A DNA stretch of 64,000 bases from Phoronis australis (taxonomy: Eukaryota > Animalia > Phoronida), in NCBI GenBank assembly GCA_002633005.1, contig NMRA01000071.1:579958-643957 (forward strand). Direction: 5' to 3'. Made by a program: the position numbers and the translations under genes. The notes under the pieces were generated by a model. It made no database searches. It saw only the letters and a program-made list of their open reading frames with translations, and had not been told where the DNA came from. Numbering within the stretch: position 1 is the stretch's first letter; each line of letters opens with the position of its first letter. Positions 37,501 to 49,669 of this stretch are shown piece by piece.

Positions 37501-40500
37501 CATTGCAGCACTGCTGACATTAAAAGTAACAAGAGGGACAATCTGGTTTGCCAAATGCCTCTATAGAATACTGCTCATGTAAATTTCCCCATACAGTATG
37601 GGTAGAACACTGCATGTTCTTGTATCTTCACAAAATTAGCAATGGCTCTAACATTTTGTAAGGAGACTACATGGAACAAAAGACATCCTCCTTATTCGAC
37701 TTTATACAGATGTGAAGATTGAAGAAATTGTGAAAAATTGATATATTCAACAAGAATTTTTAAATTCTTGTTGAATATATCAATTTTTCACAATAGCTTC
37801 AATGTTATTAAAATAACATCAGTTGTTTCTATCAACACAACTTGAGTAGTTGTTGTCAAAGCATCGCCATGCAAGCAGAAGCACAGCAAGCTGGTTATTA
37901 CCATGACGACGGAATAGCTGAACAACACCCTTGATTGTGACCAGCAAATCTTCCTACCTCACGGTTTGCACGCGTTTTCTCAGTAAAAGGGTACTTTTGT
38001 CATGAACATGTCAATTGTCATTTTTCGTCAACCATAAATCAGTTCTCACTACCTCAGATCTGTACTCACATACCACATTTTGTTTCTTATCCATTATCTT
38101 ACCTAGTGAAAGATTTAGCGTGACTTCCATGATTTTGGCTGACCCACTCCATGCTTAGAGGCGCTTCATTTAGTATTGCCATGTGTTGAAATTTAGGAAA
38201 ACACATACTTGTCCAAATATTCTTGAAAATACTGCAGGTAACCGAGAACATGTGCCACTAATGATGTCATCACGGCGTCAAAAGTCCCATCTTGAAAGCT
38301 CAAATTTGGGGTATGATGAACACGATGCAATAATACTGACATGCTGCAGTAATAAAGACATGTTGCAGTAATACTGACATGTTGCAGTAATACTGACATG
38401 TCGCTGTAATACTGACATGCTGCATTAACAAGATAAGTTCAAAGCATTTAAAGAGAAAAAATTTGGTTTATAAGAACTGAATTGTGGTTGATGAGAAAAG
38501 AACTACAGCTCTTAAACAAGAGCAATGCGGAGATTTCAAAAGTGCCCACGAATGCACTGCAAACGGTGTGCTTCTATTGTTGTTTATTTGTACATAAAAA
38601 TTGCCACTAGATAGTGCAAAACACTTTGAATCCATCCGAAAACAGGGAACATGCCATAGTTTCTTTAACAGAAACCTATTCACCAAATATCATAAAAATC
38701 TGCCACGGAACTTCAGAGGAACAAAAGACAAGAGAAAAAAAATGATATTGCCACTAGGGGGCACAGTGTTTGTCGGATCCGTTTGAAAGTAGTCGATGTC
38801 TGTTGTTAACTTCATATAAATACACTTACTAAATTTACTAAAGATCCTGCAGTGGATTTAGAAGACAGCTTTGGGTGCAAAACAACACAAAACTGTCACT
38901 ACAAGGCACCACTGCCCGTAGTTGAAGTCATCATCATCAACCGACCTCTTCACACATTTATGCCAACATTCAAAATCATCCTTAGAATGGTTTGGTTGAT
39001 AGAGGGGCGGATGCCAAAAACAAGACACGAAAACAGCAACAATGGCCACTAGGCGGCACAAAATACCTCGAATTCACCCAAATTTTATGAAAATCCGTTA
39101 AAGACCTTTGAAGATACAGTAAACCCAAAAAAACTAAAATTGTCACTAGGGGGCATTCCAGTAGTCGGTTACGTCCGAAAGTTCCCTCATGATGCTGTCC
39201 CATCTATCAAAGGAACACGTGCAAAATTTCACGAACATACGTCAAAGGGTTTTGGAGACAGTGGTGGACACCGGATGGACAGAGATAGGGGGATGACGAT
39301 ATAATGAGTCCACATATAAATATGTGGGCACACAAAAATGAGTAATTGCTGTTATGAGAAACTAATGCTATTAACGAGTATGCGCACATGACCCGTGAGG
39401 GGGAAGATTTCCAACACTATTTGTACAGTTACCAAATCCAACCCAAACCAACCGTGAGCATGTCACTACAGACTAGCGATGTTTGACAATGGAGTGAAAC
39501 TGGCAGTCACACTTTTGTCAACTAATTTCTGACATCTTGCAGATGAACTCTGGTACATCACACCCAATACATAGTTAGAAAGAAAACTTTGACCACGAAA
39601 TTCAAGGACTCGTCAAAACACGTGTGCATACTCAATGCAAGGTCATTCTAGAACATCAATTGCAATCTCCATGGTGTAAACCTTCAAAGAGGGGATCAAA
39701 CTGGAAAATTTGATGTCACATTTATACACACACGCATCCATGTGAATACAACAAATACGTTTTTGCAGCAATAATATTACAGGTAATAATTCAAAGGTCT
39801 TTCATTATTTTCAAGACCATAAGCTAAACTTCAAGGCTTTTCAACCTCAGTATTCAAGGTTTATACGACCCCATGGCTCTAAAATTATGAAGTTTTAGAA
39901 TCATGCAATACTTGGATGAAAATCATCCTAATATGTTGATAAAGCCATTTAATTTACAAAATAATAAGATCTGCATTTGCTCAGTCAAGTTGTAAAGACT
40001 GACTGTATCACAGCACTGTATCACAGCACTGTATCACAGCACTATGTCACAGCACTGTATCACAGCACTGTATCACAGCACTGTATCACAGCACTGTATC
40101 ACAGCAATGTATCACAGCACTGTATCACAGCACTGTATCACAGCACTGTGTCACAGCTATATAACAGAGTTCAGACTGACATGCTCTCGCCTTTAAAAAG
40201 CAACTTAATCACATCGTCTTCATAAACACCACATTGATGTTATTTTCATGCCAGGGAATTTGAAGCATGACCAGTTGCTACTACAACATTAGAGACAAGC
40301 ATACAATGAGGTAGACAACTTGGTACAACAGTATATAGGTATACATTATCTCTAGCATGCAAGTGTTAATGGCAAACTGTACAGACATAATATCCATGTC
40401 TAACCTTGATTTCCTGCAACAGAATACACAAATGATCTCAATGAGAGTTAAACTGACTTGAATCATATCAGAATATCAACATCTCTGATACTGTATCAGA

Positions 40501-43500
40501 AGATCCACATCTCTGATATTTTAGCAGTATATCCACATCTCCGACATTGTATCTGAATATTCACATCTCTTTTATATATATTACATCTACACCTCTGACA
40601 CTGCATCAGAATACCCACATATCTGATATTCTATCAACATAAATATCCACATGCCTGATATTGTATCAAAATATCCACATGCATGATATTGTCTTGCAAT
40701 ATTAATATCTGTGATATTGTAATGTGTATCAAACAGTTTCATCACCAAACAATGAATGTAAGAAGCATATTAATGACATTATCAATCAAAACATTTCATC
40801 GGGAATGTTTGCTAAAAACTGTGAATAAATCGTTTGAAGGACACAAGACTAGACTAAAATTCTGCGAGAAAAATGAGATCATGCAAATCTTTGTAAGATA
40901 TTGCATTACAACCAAAACACGTGATCGCAGTTTCAAAATCCTTGCGTTTAAAGAACACAGAACTTAGCTCCAGCCTGCAAGAGGATGACAACCAAGAAGT
41001 AAGAAGTCATACAAGTTGAATTACCTTCTTGTATATGGCAAAGATGGAGCCAATGGACACGAGACAGTCGATGTTTGAAGAGCCATCTAGTGGGTCAAAC
41101 ATGACCACATACTTGCCCTAAAAATGAAGATGAGAGTTATCATAAATATGGGATGGCTGTACGACAATCTCAATCCCAGCAGCAATCTCAAGCCGTGAAG
41201 TCTGACTGACCATGAACGGTATAATTAACCGCTAGAACCAAGTAAACTTACTGATCTTGTACTGAAGCAACTGTTTGACCTTCCCAAGCTGAAAATATTT
41301 TTTCGTTGCAATCTATGAAACAAATTGAAACAAATTTTATAGCGAATGGCCTAAATATTTTTGACGAAAGGTGGGAACCGCTAAAACTAATTTGGCTCAA
41401 AATCAGAAAGCAGTTGACTATGATAAACAGCTCGTTGTATTCCAGAGAGGGACATTGTAGCAATATTCAGTATTAATGTGCTAAGTCAAGCCTTCTTATC
41501 AAAACAGCCCCACCCGGCTACCCATCTACCCTGCCCCACAGGCACTGTACTACTCGATCCCACCCACCTGTTTCTCAGTCTCCACTTCAATAACATTTTC
41601 GTTCTCCTCTGACACCATCAAGCACGTTGTGTATGAGGACTTCAACATGTTAATAAACAAGTCATTCGCCAGCACATCCAACTTCTTTACTTCCTCCCCC
41701 TGAACATTTGTGGAGCCGTCCATACCATATCTGAAATACAGCATTTACCCAACAGTGTTAGGGTTGTATTACTATAAAGGCATTACCTGATAATGATGTC
41801 TTCTCACAAAAACCTTTCTGTTCAGGTATTGTTGAAGCCCTACCCCATCCATTTGTAGACTCTGAGCAACAGTTACCAAACCAATGCTTAAAAACAACTA
41901 GCGGAAAATCTTTGGACATTACGTTGACACAAAATACAAATATCTGGTTAGTATGGAGATATACATTGTTTAATTCAGACATATACCTGCAGGCCTTTTG
42001 ATGTACTGTTTATGCAATGCCACTATAATCCTATAAACATGTTTTCATAATGCAAGCAATTTAATGCTCCTGCTGTCTGTGTTCACACATTTTTAAACCA
42101 CTCTTACCACTCAAAACCTCTGCTTTGAAGCATAATAATGTGCCGGTATTTTTTGCCCAAGCCAAGTTAAACTCACATCATCTCACTGCAGGAAGTCACA
42201 CTCCTGAGTTTGACTAATAATTGTTAAAGCTAAATCTCCAGCACCTATCAGACAAGTCAGTCACTCAGCGAGCATGACTAAACATAGTTTAGCTGAATCT
42301 ACAGCACCTGTCAGGCAAGGAAGTCAGTCACTCAGGGAATATGACTCATTGTTCAGCTAAACCAACAGCACCTTCCACTTTGGACTGAATTAGCTTTAGG
42401 GGTCTAAACTGCACCCTCTCTTCGTTAAGTCAAAACAAGACAATGGTATAAACTACAAGACAGTGCTGGACCCTGAGGGCATTACAACGGAACAGAAATT
42501 GATGTCATTTATTTCTCAGATTTTACTTGAGGTAAGATTATTTAAAACGTTCGATATTCAGATTTATTACGTAGATGTATAAGGTGACTTTTACAAAATG
42601 TGTGTTGTGAATGCACTCCAATGCACCTAGGGTAGTGACATCACTCAGAAGTTTACCTAACATTTCCCAAGCTTCGAATCCCTGTAGAGCAGCAGTTCAG
42701 AGTTAAGAAGTTGCAGCCATGAAGTTTGGGTGTTCAGACGCGTTATTGCTGTGTGTTTGACTTGGAACAATCACTGTGTACCTACATGATATCTGCATAT
42801 TGGGTTCTGTGTAGTAGTCTGTGAGTGTTTAGAGACCTAGTACATGGGCGGTGCACAATAGGGGGCTGGAGGGCTATAGCTCACCCCACTTATTTCAGTC
42901 AGCTGCACTGCCCATTTAGTAGGGTTTAGTATATTATATCCAGAGGTTTGTCTGTGTATTAATAGAGTAAAGTACTCTGAGTGAGACAGATCCAAGGTAA
43001 GTCATTCTACTGTAGTAGATTTAGTAGTAACCAGACACAACATCAGGATTTCATCTTGTGATTATGTGTAAGACAAGAGGCGCCAAGTATAGTGATTACG
43101 TACAGATTCCTCTATCTTCAGTGATCCAAGTTTTGAACCCGCGGTACCTCTCGCATCTTAACCAGTCAACCCCAAACAACTGCCAAAGGGCGAGTGATTA
43201 AGAGACGCCTTTCTACACTCAGTAAGTATAAAGTACCGTGTAAGTTTAAGTAAAATATCTATTTTAAATCGAAGTGGGTAGACACAAGAAAACGCAACAT
43301 TAGCACAGGTGCTAGCTCCAGATAAGAAATACATGCGTAGAGAATTATTTACAAAAAAGTACAGAAAGAAAATATTATTATTAAGTAAATATTTAAAACT
43401 ATGAGAAGAAGCATAGTCAAAGCCCTAAAGGTTGCCAACTCAATGCAGATTCACCAAATTACCGTAGTTAATGGGGTACATAACCTATATACCAACGAAA

Positions 43501-43832
43501 TAGGGCACACAACCTGGCTATGTACCAATGGGATAGGACACACAACCTACGTACCAATGGTATAGGACACACAACCTGGCTATGTACCAATGGTATAGGA
43601 CACACAACCTGGCTATGTACCAATGGAACAGTTTAATCAACAGCACAACTTACAAGCTAGCAATTCCAGCTTTCCTTACGGCGGTAGACACAGCCTTGAT
43701 AGCAGTCAGTAAGGCAGTTAACAGCTGGGTCAAATCGCCAGTGGCACCCGGGTATTTCTTCTGTTCCGTCAACACGAACCGATGCAGCGTCATACAGTCA
43801 GTGTCAATACCTTCGTAACTGCTCGTCGACAT
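34577..43832 (-). CDS. FBP1: Fructose-1,6-bisphosphatase class 1, 7 coding exons, 340 aa
   Basis: Minus-strand exons 43832-43654, 41730-41568, 41117-41025, 37376-37236, 36704-36564, 36158-36042, 34765-34577. All introns GT-AG, total 1023 nt. Motifs: [102 protein letters not shown]. This is probably a single invertebrate FBP1/FBP2 co-ortholog. Confidence 0.97.
36215..36404. repeat. ~40-bp tandem repeat in FBPase intron 5
   Basis: AGTCAAACATGGACTCATTACAGGTACACAGTACACACTAC-like, about 4.5 copies. Confidence 0.85.
38515..39338 (-). mobile_element. DINE-1/HINE-like (Helentron-associated) modular repeat, near-complete copy in FBPase intron 3
   Basis: On the minus strand: 5' TTTTTGTGTGCCCACATATTTATATGTGGAC (subTIR plus hairpin), then a CTGTCCATCC-type tract, repeated ~150-200-bp core modules, and 3' ATTCGTGGGCAC (complementary subTIR) ... 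CATTGCTCTTGTT. The 3' end is the same as 49160-49219. Confidence 0.7.
40002..40156. repeat. 13-bp tandem repeat in FBPase intron 3
   Basis: CTGTATCACAGCA, 12 copies. Confidence 0.95.
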
Positions 43833-44364
43833 TTTGAACAAATTACTCTAGGCCTACTTGCTTAAAGATTGTCAAATAATTATGGAACTGAGCACAGACG
43901 CAACCCGTCACACGTTATCTTGCGGGAGACAAAACAACCAAGGTCATGAGTAAAGTCCAAAAATATAGGTCAAAACGGATGAGAGGTCACCTGTTGAAGG
44001 AAACACTCGCAGTTTGTTTTTGAAATCTGAGTAGGTTACTGGATTTATTTCATAAAAAAGTAAAAGAGAAACAAATAACAAAATTAGCTAACAATGCAGC
44101 ATTTTAACAAAAACTCAACGAGCTTTTTCGTAAAGAAGACCCTTTCCTTGAATAATAGACTATTCCATTGAAAATATGTCAAGTCACACCTCCATTGGCT
44201 ACAAATGAAAATGTATTTACTATATTAAATAAATTAATTGAGACATGTACAACTAGGAAATTATGAAAATTGAATGCAACCAATGGTTGAAAAAGTAAGA
44301 AAAAATCAGGCCTCTGAAGGAGCTTGACATAAATATTGATGCAAGGTGTTGTCAGGGGGCGCTC
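43833..44364. promoter_or_regulatory. Bidirectional promoter region shared by FBPase and FBXO33-like
   Basis: The divergent ATGs are only 532 bp apart. The region has CCAAT boxes (~44194 reverse, ~44279) and AGGTCA half-sites at 43941, 43967 and 43984. Confidence 0.65.
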
Positions 44365-47300
44365 ATGTTAAAAATGGAGATCGACTGGTCGCGTTTACCT
44401 GATGTTGTCGTGGTGCAAATATTTTCCTACCTCTCATTCGCCGATAAAGTCAAGTCTTCTCACACATGCAGAACTTGGAAAAACTGTCTGTCACATCCCT
44501 CGTCTTATAGGTCTTTTACACTGGAATTTAGTCAAAGGAAATGTCTCACCAGAGGGCTGACCAACCCATTTGCACGTGATGAAGTTGCCCGGGCAGTTCG
44601 CGACGTTTCAATAGATTTGCACAGTGATCAAGATAACTGTGACCGTGTCGAGTCTCAACGTCATGTGAAAGAGTGTCTCCAATTTCTGGCCAAAATTGCC
44701 AAGACTAACACAAGCCTGCAGAAATTCACATTCAAACCAAATAGTTTTGCTCACCGATGGATAGCTGTATCCAGTGAAGTTAGGACAAAGTGAGTCGGCG
44801 TGACACTGCTGCTCGAGTGGTGGTGCAAACGTTGCTCTGATTTTTAAGTCCAGATTGAGACTACCACAGCATACCTGCTGTATTACTGAATCTGAATGGG
44901 AGTAACTGCTGTCAAGCATTACCGATGACCAGTCATAATGCACTTGCACACATTGTACATGCAGTAGAGTGGAGAAAGGGAGGGGGGGGGGGGGNAGGCA
45001 TGCGCATCTTTGGCATCCTCCGTATCACTATGAATAAACTTTTTGGAATTTGTGATTTTTATTTAAATTGAACGAAATTTCTATTTTTGTTTTGCCTTTT
45101 TATTTTTCTTTATGGGTCCATGCATTTGAGTAGAGAGAGGGGTATCCCATAAGTAATCACCCCGAGTATCATCAGTCATCATCAGACCTCTGCACACTAC
45201 TGTGTACATGCAAGGCTGATGATTAGTCATCACTTGTAACATACATATATCAAATAAAGCTATTAAAGCATTGCAAGACATTTTATTAAAGACGAATTAC
45301 CGCTGCAAAGTTAATCAATTTGTTCTGTATTCAGATGAAGTGAACTTCATTCAGCAGTACATTTGTGTTAACTTTACTCCATATCACATGTGAGAGTGTT
45401 GTCACATCACATGTGAGAGTTTTGTCACATCACATGTGAGAGTGTTGTCACATCACTTCAGTATGAGTGATTTAGCTCAAGAATAAGGGAATCAGCGTTT
45501 AGTCATACATCAGTTATCTCATTGGTGTGGAGGTAATTAAACATCTTTGAATGACTGTTTACTCACTTGTCTTGCTTGTTTTCAGATTCACAAATTGTTT
45601 CCAAAAAATCGTCAGCAAGTCAAGAAGTTTGCAACATTTTGCTCCAGGTCTGATCAAGATGAACTTGAGTCATATTGATCTCAATAAGCATGTCAACTCT
45701 CTCCAGTCACTGCACCTACAGACGTGTATGGTGATGGATACAGACATTGTTGGTGACAGTATGCAGTTAGCACCAGCTATTATTGACAAACTTGAGAATC
45801 TCAGAGTGTTGGGACTAGATTATCACAATCTATCAGGACCAGTTATGGAGGCTTTGTCTAAAGAACACTCCCCAGTTCTTGACAGACTTGTGCTCAATGT
45901 TCATGAGGAGATAGCCAGTGATTCGTTAGGTATAATCACCGATGAAAAGTGGGCGGGGCTTCTGTTGCGCTCACCCAATCTGCAAGTGACAATCAACTTC
46001 CTGCACAGTTCACCATTGACTGTGACCAGCGTCCTGTGTCCCAGTATGCCACTGACTGTGTTACGCATGTTCTATGGGCTTCTACAACCAGAGACTGTGA
46101 GTCATATGTACAAGCACTACAGCCACAGTTTGACTGAGTTAGTCGTGTTTGAGCACGCTCTTAATGATGGTGATACAATAGACCAGACTGACCGATGTGG
46201 TGACCAACTGGTCATGTTGTCATGGAAATGTGACAAGTTACGCCATTTGTCTGTGATTGGTGCGTGTTTTAGGCTAAGTGTACAAACATTATCTGCCACA
46301 TTGCTGGCAAGGTTCTGTAGGCTAAGTGTAGAAACCCATATAAGGTTGGCTGAATGTCTTGAATAATATTAGCCAAGGTTGAATAAAGTTGACGACCTCT
46401 GAACTTGGTTAATTTTGACAATGACAATTGGCGATAAAAATTTACATCGTGATGTGTTTTTTTCCAGGGCCTCCTCTTAGCGAGACCAACTTGATTGGCA
46501 TTGTAAGACTACGTGGTAAATCCCTGGCCTGTCTGCGGATTAGTGAAGCTTGTGTGTCTGAGAGGGATAGTGATGAGTTTTACTCTGTCAAAAAGTTGAG
46601 TAAAAGGGTTCAGAAAGAGGTAAGTTGGTTGGTGTGTCGCANATGTTAAAAAAAGGAAAATTGAATTGGTGCTTTTACTGACACAAATCAGTTTCATAAT
46701 GATTCTTGTCAGGATAAGATGCTACTCCTGCTATTGATTTATCTCATCAATACATGTCGTGCCATTTTCAAATGTGAAATTTGAGGTGTGGCCAACACAA
46801 AAATCTGTCATATTTTCTTGAGTTGGTTATGGTTTTGTTGTTGACAGTGCAAGTAGTTTGCTATTATGGTAAGCTGTATTATGAGATTGATTTAATGAGG
46901 TAAGATGGATACTAATTTCATTTTGAATTTTTAGCTAGCTAAGCACGACAAATGCATTTTTAATGGTGATAGTTTGGATTGAGCTCACTTGGATATCAAT
47001 GAATTCAGAGGTGGTTTCTTATTAGCCTTTTAGTATGCTATGTGTGTCTGTTTACCGTATCTGCTTGTTGTTTCTGTCCGGCGTGAGGTGTGTCTACTCA
47101 GTGTGTCTGCCCGGTGTGTCTACTCAGTGTGTCTGACCGGTGTGTCTACTCAGTGTGCCTGCTCGATGTGTCTGCCCGGTGTGTCTGCTCCATAAAAGCA
47201 ACACAGACAGCATGCACGGTTACACCAGGTATTGCGTGTTGTGGCAGTTTGTATCGTTTGATTTCTAACCATCGTATGGCGTCTTAATTTGCAGATAGCT

Positions 47301-47441
47301 GAACAACTTGGTGACCCTTCCTGGCAACCTTTGACCTCTCATGACCTGCCAAACTTCCTCTTTGATCCAGAGCAGGCGCCTATTTCGGATGAAATTCTGG
47401 AAAATGAGTACTTAGACTATATATTAGGTGATCAAACTTGA
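44365..47441 (+). CDS. FBXO33: F-box protein, FBXO33-like (F-box plus LRR-like repeats), 4 coding exons, ~465 aa
   Basis: Exons 44365-44789 (ATG at 44374 is an alternative start), 45586-46259, 46468-46619, 47295-47441. Phases 2,1,0, total 1398 nt. N-terminal F-box WSRLPDVVVVQIFSYLSFADKVKSSHTCRTW. The C-terminal DQLVMLSWKC..L..IG..LSETNLIGIVRLRG..L..L.I.E and LG...W segments match the FBXO33 signature as I recall it (DPLVLLAWRC...NLIAIARLRG). The F-box call is secure; the orthology is from memory. Confidence 0.85.
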
Positions 47442-47614
47442 CTGTCTTGGACTGAGTGGTTTCCTGGAAATCTCAAGTGGATATGTGCAGGTTTCTATTT
47501 TCCTTGAAACACCTGATTGAAGGCTACACAGCCAATCTCTTCCACTTTAAACTAGGGTGACCTTCTGCACCACTATGTCTCAAAATAATGATCTGTATTA
47601 CATTAAGTCTCAAA

Positions 47615-49219
47615 TTGTTGTATCAAGTTCTGTGCTGCCATCTCTGTCTGGGTGTCCAAGCATCCGGTGTCCGCTCCCGTATCTCCTAAGCCACTCACAA
47701 GATCTTGAACTTTGGCAGATGGGCTCCCATGAAGCTGACGACAGATGGCGACGAATTTCGGACGGATCTGACTACTGGTGCTCCTAGTGGCAATTTTAGT
47801 TTTTTACATTTACCTTTGTATCTTCAAAGGTCCTCTACCGATTTTTGTGAAATTTGGCGCATAGGCATCTATTAATGGGATGACGCTATCCTCCCGTTTT
47901 CAGATGGATTTGATATATTTTGTGCCACCTAGTGGCTATTTCTTCTGTTTTCTAGTTTTTGGCATCCAGACCTCTGTCAACCAAACTGCTCTAACCATGA
48001 TTGTGAAAATTGGCATGTATGCTCTTACCATGAAGAGGAAGGTTGACGATGATTTTCATTTGACTGGATATTTTAGCAGTTTTTTGCGCCCATGGTTGTA
48101 TCTTCTAAACACTTTGCAGGATCTTTACTAAATTTAGCAAGTCTAATTATATGAAGTTCATGCATGCACCCAGCCTAAAATATAGGGGGGGGGGGGCTCG
48201 AATTTTTCGGTATGCGGACCTTTTACTGAAAGAAATCAACGAGGACTAAAAAAAAANTTGCAGGATCTTTACTAAATTTAGCAAGTCTAATTATATGAAG
48301 TTCATGCATGCACCCAGCCTGAAATATAGGGGGGGGGGGCTCGAATTTTTCGGTATGCGGACCTTTTACTGAAAGAAATCAACGAGGACTAAAAAAAAAA
48401 ACGGCTCAGGCCCACGAATTGTGCATCTCCACGCGCCGACTTCCCGTGGGTTTTGTGGGCTTTTGTCGCGTTTACTCGGACTTTTTTTCATTGAGGCGGA
48501 GCTTTTTGCCCAATTTGCCAAATTGGTGGGGCTCATTTGAGCCCCCGAGCCCCCCCTGGGTGCGCCCATGAACGGATGGCGACAACTTTTGGATGGATTG
48601 TTTAATTTTTATTTTTTGCGTTTACCTCTGTATCTTCAAAGGTTCTCAACGGATTTTCATGAAATTTGGAATACAGGCATCTATTGGTGAGATGACGCTG
48701 TCCTCTAGTTTTCGAAGACTCAAGTTTTCGCAACTCTGTCAACCAAACCATTCTAAGGATGATTGTGAAAATTGGCATATCTGTTTCTCAGTATGATGAG
48801 GACAGTTGACGATGACGACTTTGACTTCTGAAGCGCCTCCCAGTGCCGTCTTTTTGTCCGCGTAGTTGTATGTCCTAAACCCTCTGCAGGATCTTTTTTA
48901 AATTTAGTAAGTGTATTCTTATGAAGTTGAGAGCAGACGATGATGACTTTCATACACATTGGACTAAAGCTGTGTCCCTAGTGGCAATTTAATTTTTTCA
49001 GTTTTCCTTCGTTTCTCTGAAGTTTCTTGACATATTTTTATGAAAATTGGTTAATAGTTTTGTATTAAAGAAACAATGCCATGTTGTCATTTTTTGGATG
49101 GATTTGACATATTTTGCGCCATCTAGTGGTCATTTTCATGATACAAGTAGACATCTCTAGAAGCACACCATTTGCGGTGCATTCGTGGGCGCATTTCAAT
49201 GCTCCTCATTGCTCTTGTT
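47615..49219 (+). mobile_element. DINE-1/HINE-like modular repeat downstream of the FBXO33 stop
   Basis: Tandem core modules (..CCTAGTGGCAATTTTAG..TTTACCTCTGTATCTT..GATTTT..GAAATTTGG). It ends AAGCACACCATTTGCGGTGCATTCGTGGGCGC..CATTGCTCTTGTT and is interrupted by the MITE at 48303-48570. Confidence 0.7.
48303..48570 (+). mobile_element. MITE (CATG.GCACCCAG family) nested in a HINE-like repeat
   Basis: TIRs CATGCATGCACCCAG / CTGGGTGCGCCCATG. Its 5' part is duplicated at 48159-48256 by an assembly overlap. Confidence 0.75.
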
Positions 49220-49433
49220 ATGCTTGGTTATTATCTTTGTTACAGGCGTGTTATTTATGCAAGAACACTTGGGCAATGTCCGCTTTGGGTTATTATCATC
49301 TAAAATGTACAATGGCTTGGTTCCTTTGAAAATTGTGTTGAACATATTTTATGAAGTTTAATGGTAAAGAAATAAAGGTTAATTCACAGATTTATTGAAA
49401 TTTTTTAATAAATTATGTACTAGTGCTAAAACC

Positions 49434-49669
49434 TCACCCCCCTTGGCTGCCGGAAGCAAAAATGGAAGAGCAACAGCGTGAAGCGCGAGGAAATATTGAG
49501 TAAGCAACTAGGACGCGGAGAAGGGGGTGCCCAGATCGCGGCGTTCCCGTTTTTTTTTTAGTCCACCGGCTCCCGCTTCGGGGCCTGAGGTATACATACA
49601 ATCGCACTTTGCCCGATTCCCCGAGACAACATGTTGGGCCCCCCTTATGGTATCCTAGATACGCCATTG
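49434..49669 (-). mobile_element. Partial copy of the 21181 element family
   Basis: The reverse complement starts CAATGGCGTATCTAGGATACCATAAGGGGGGCCCAACAT, matching 21181 (CAGTGGCGGATCTAGGATATCACAAGGGGGGGCCCAACAT). Confidence 0.7.

Noticed and set aside
44365-47441. FBXL3/FBXL21 (cryptochrome ligase) identity for the F-box gene
   Set aside because: It lacks the FBXL3 C-terminal WFPDMMPTW-type tail, and the LVMLSWKC and IVRLRG motifs fit FBXO33 better.
48114-48400. 143-bp tandem duplication
   Set aside because: The two near-identical copies are separated by one N at 48257, typical of an unmerged contig overlap.
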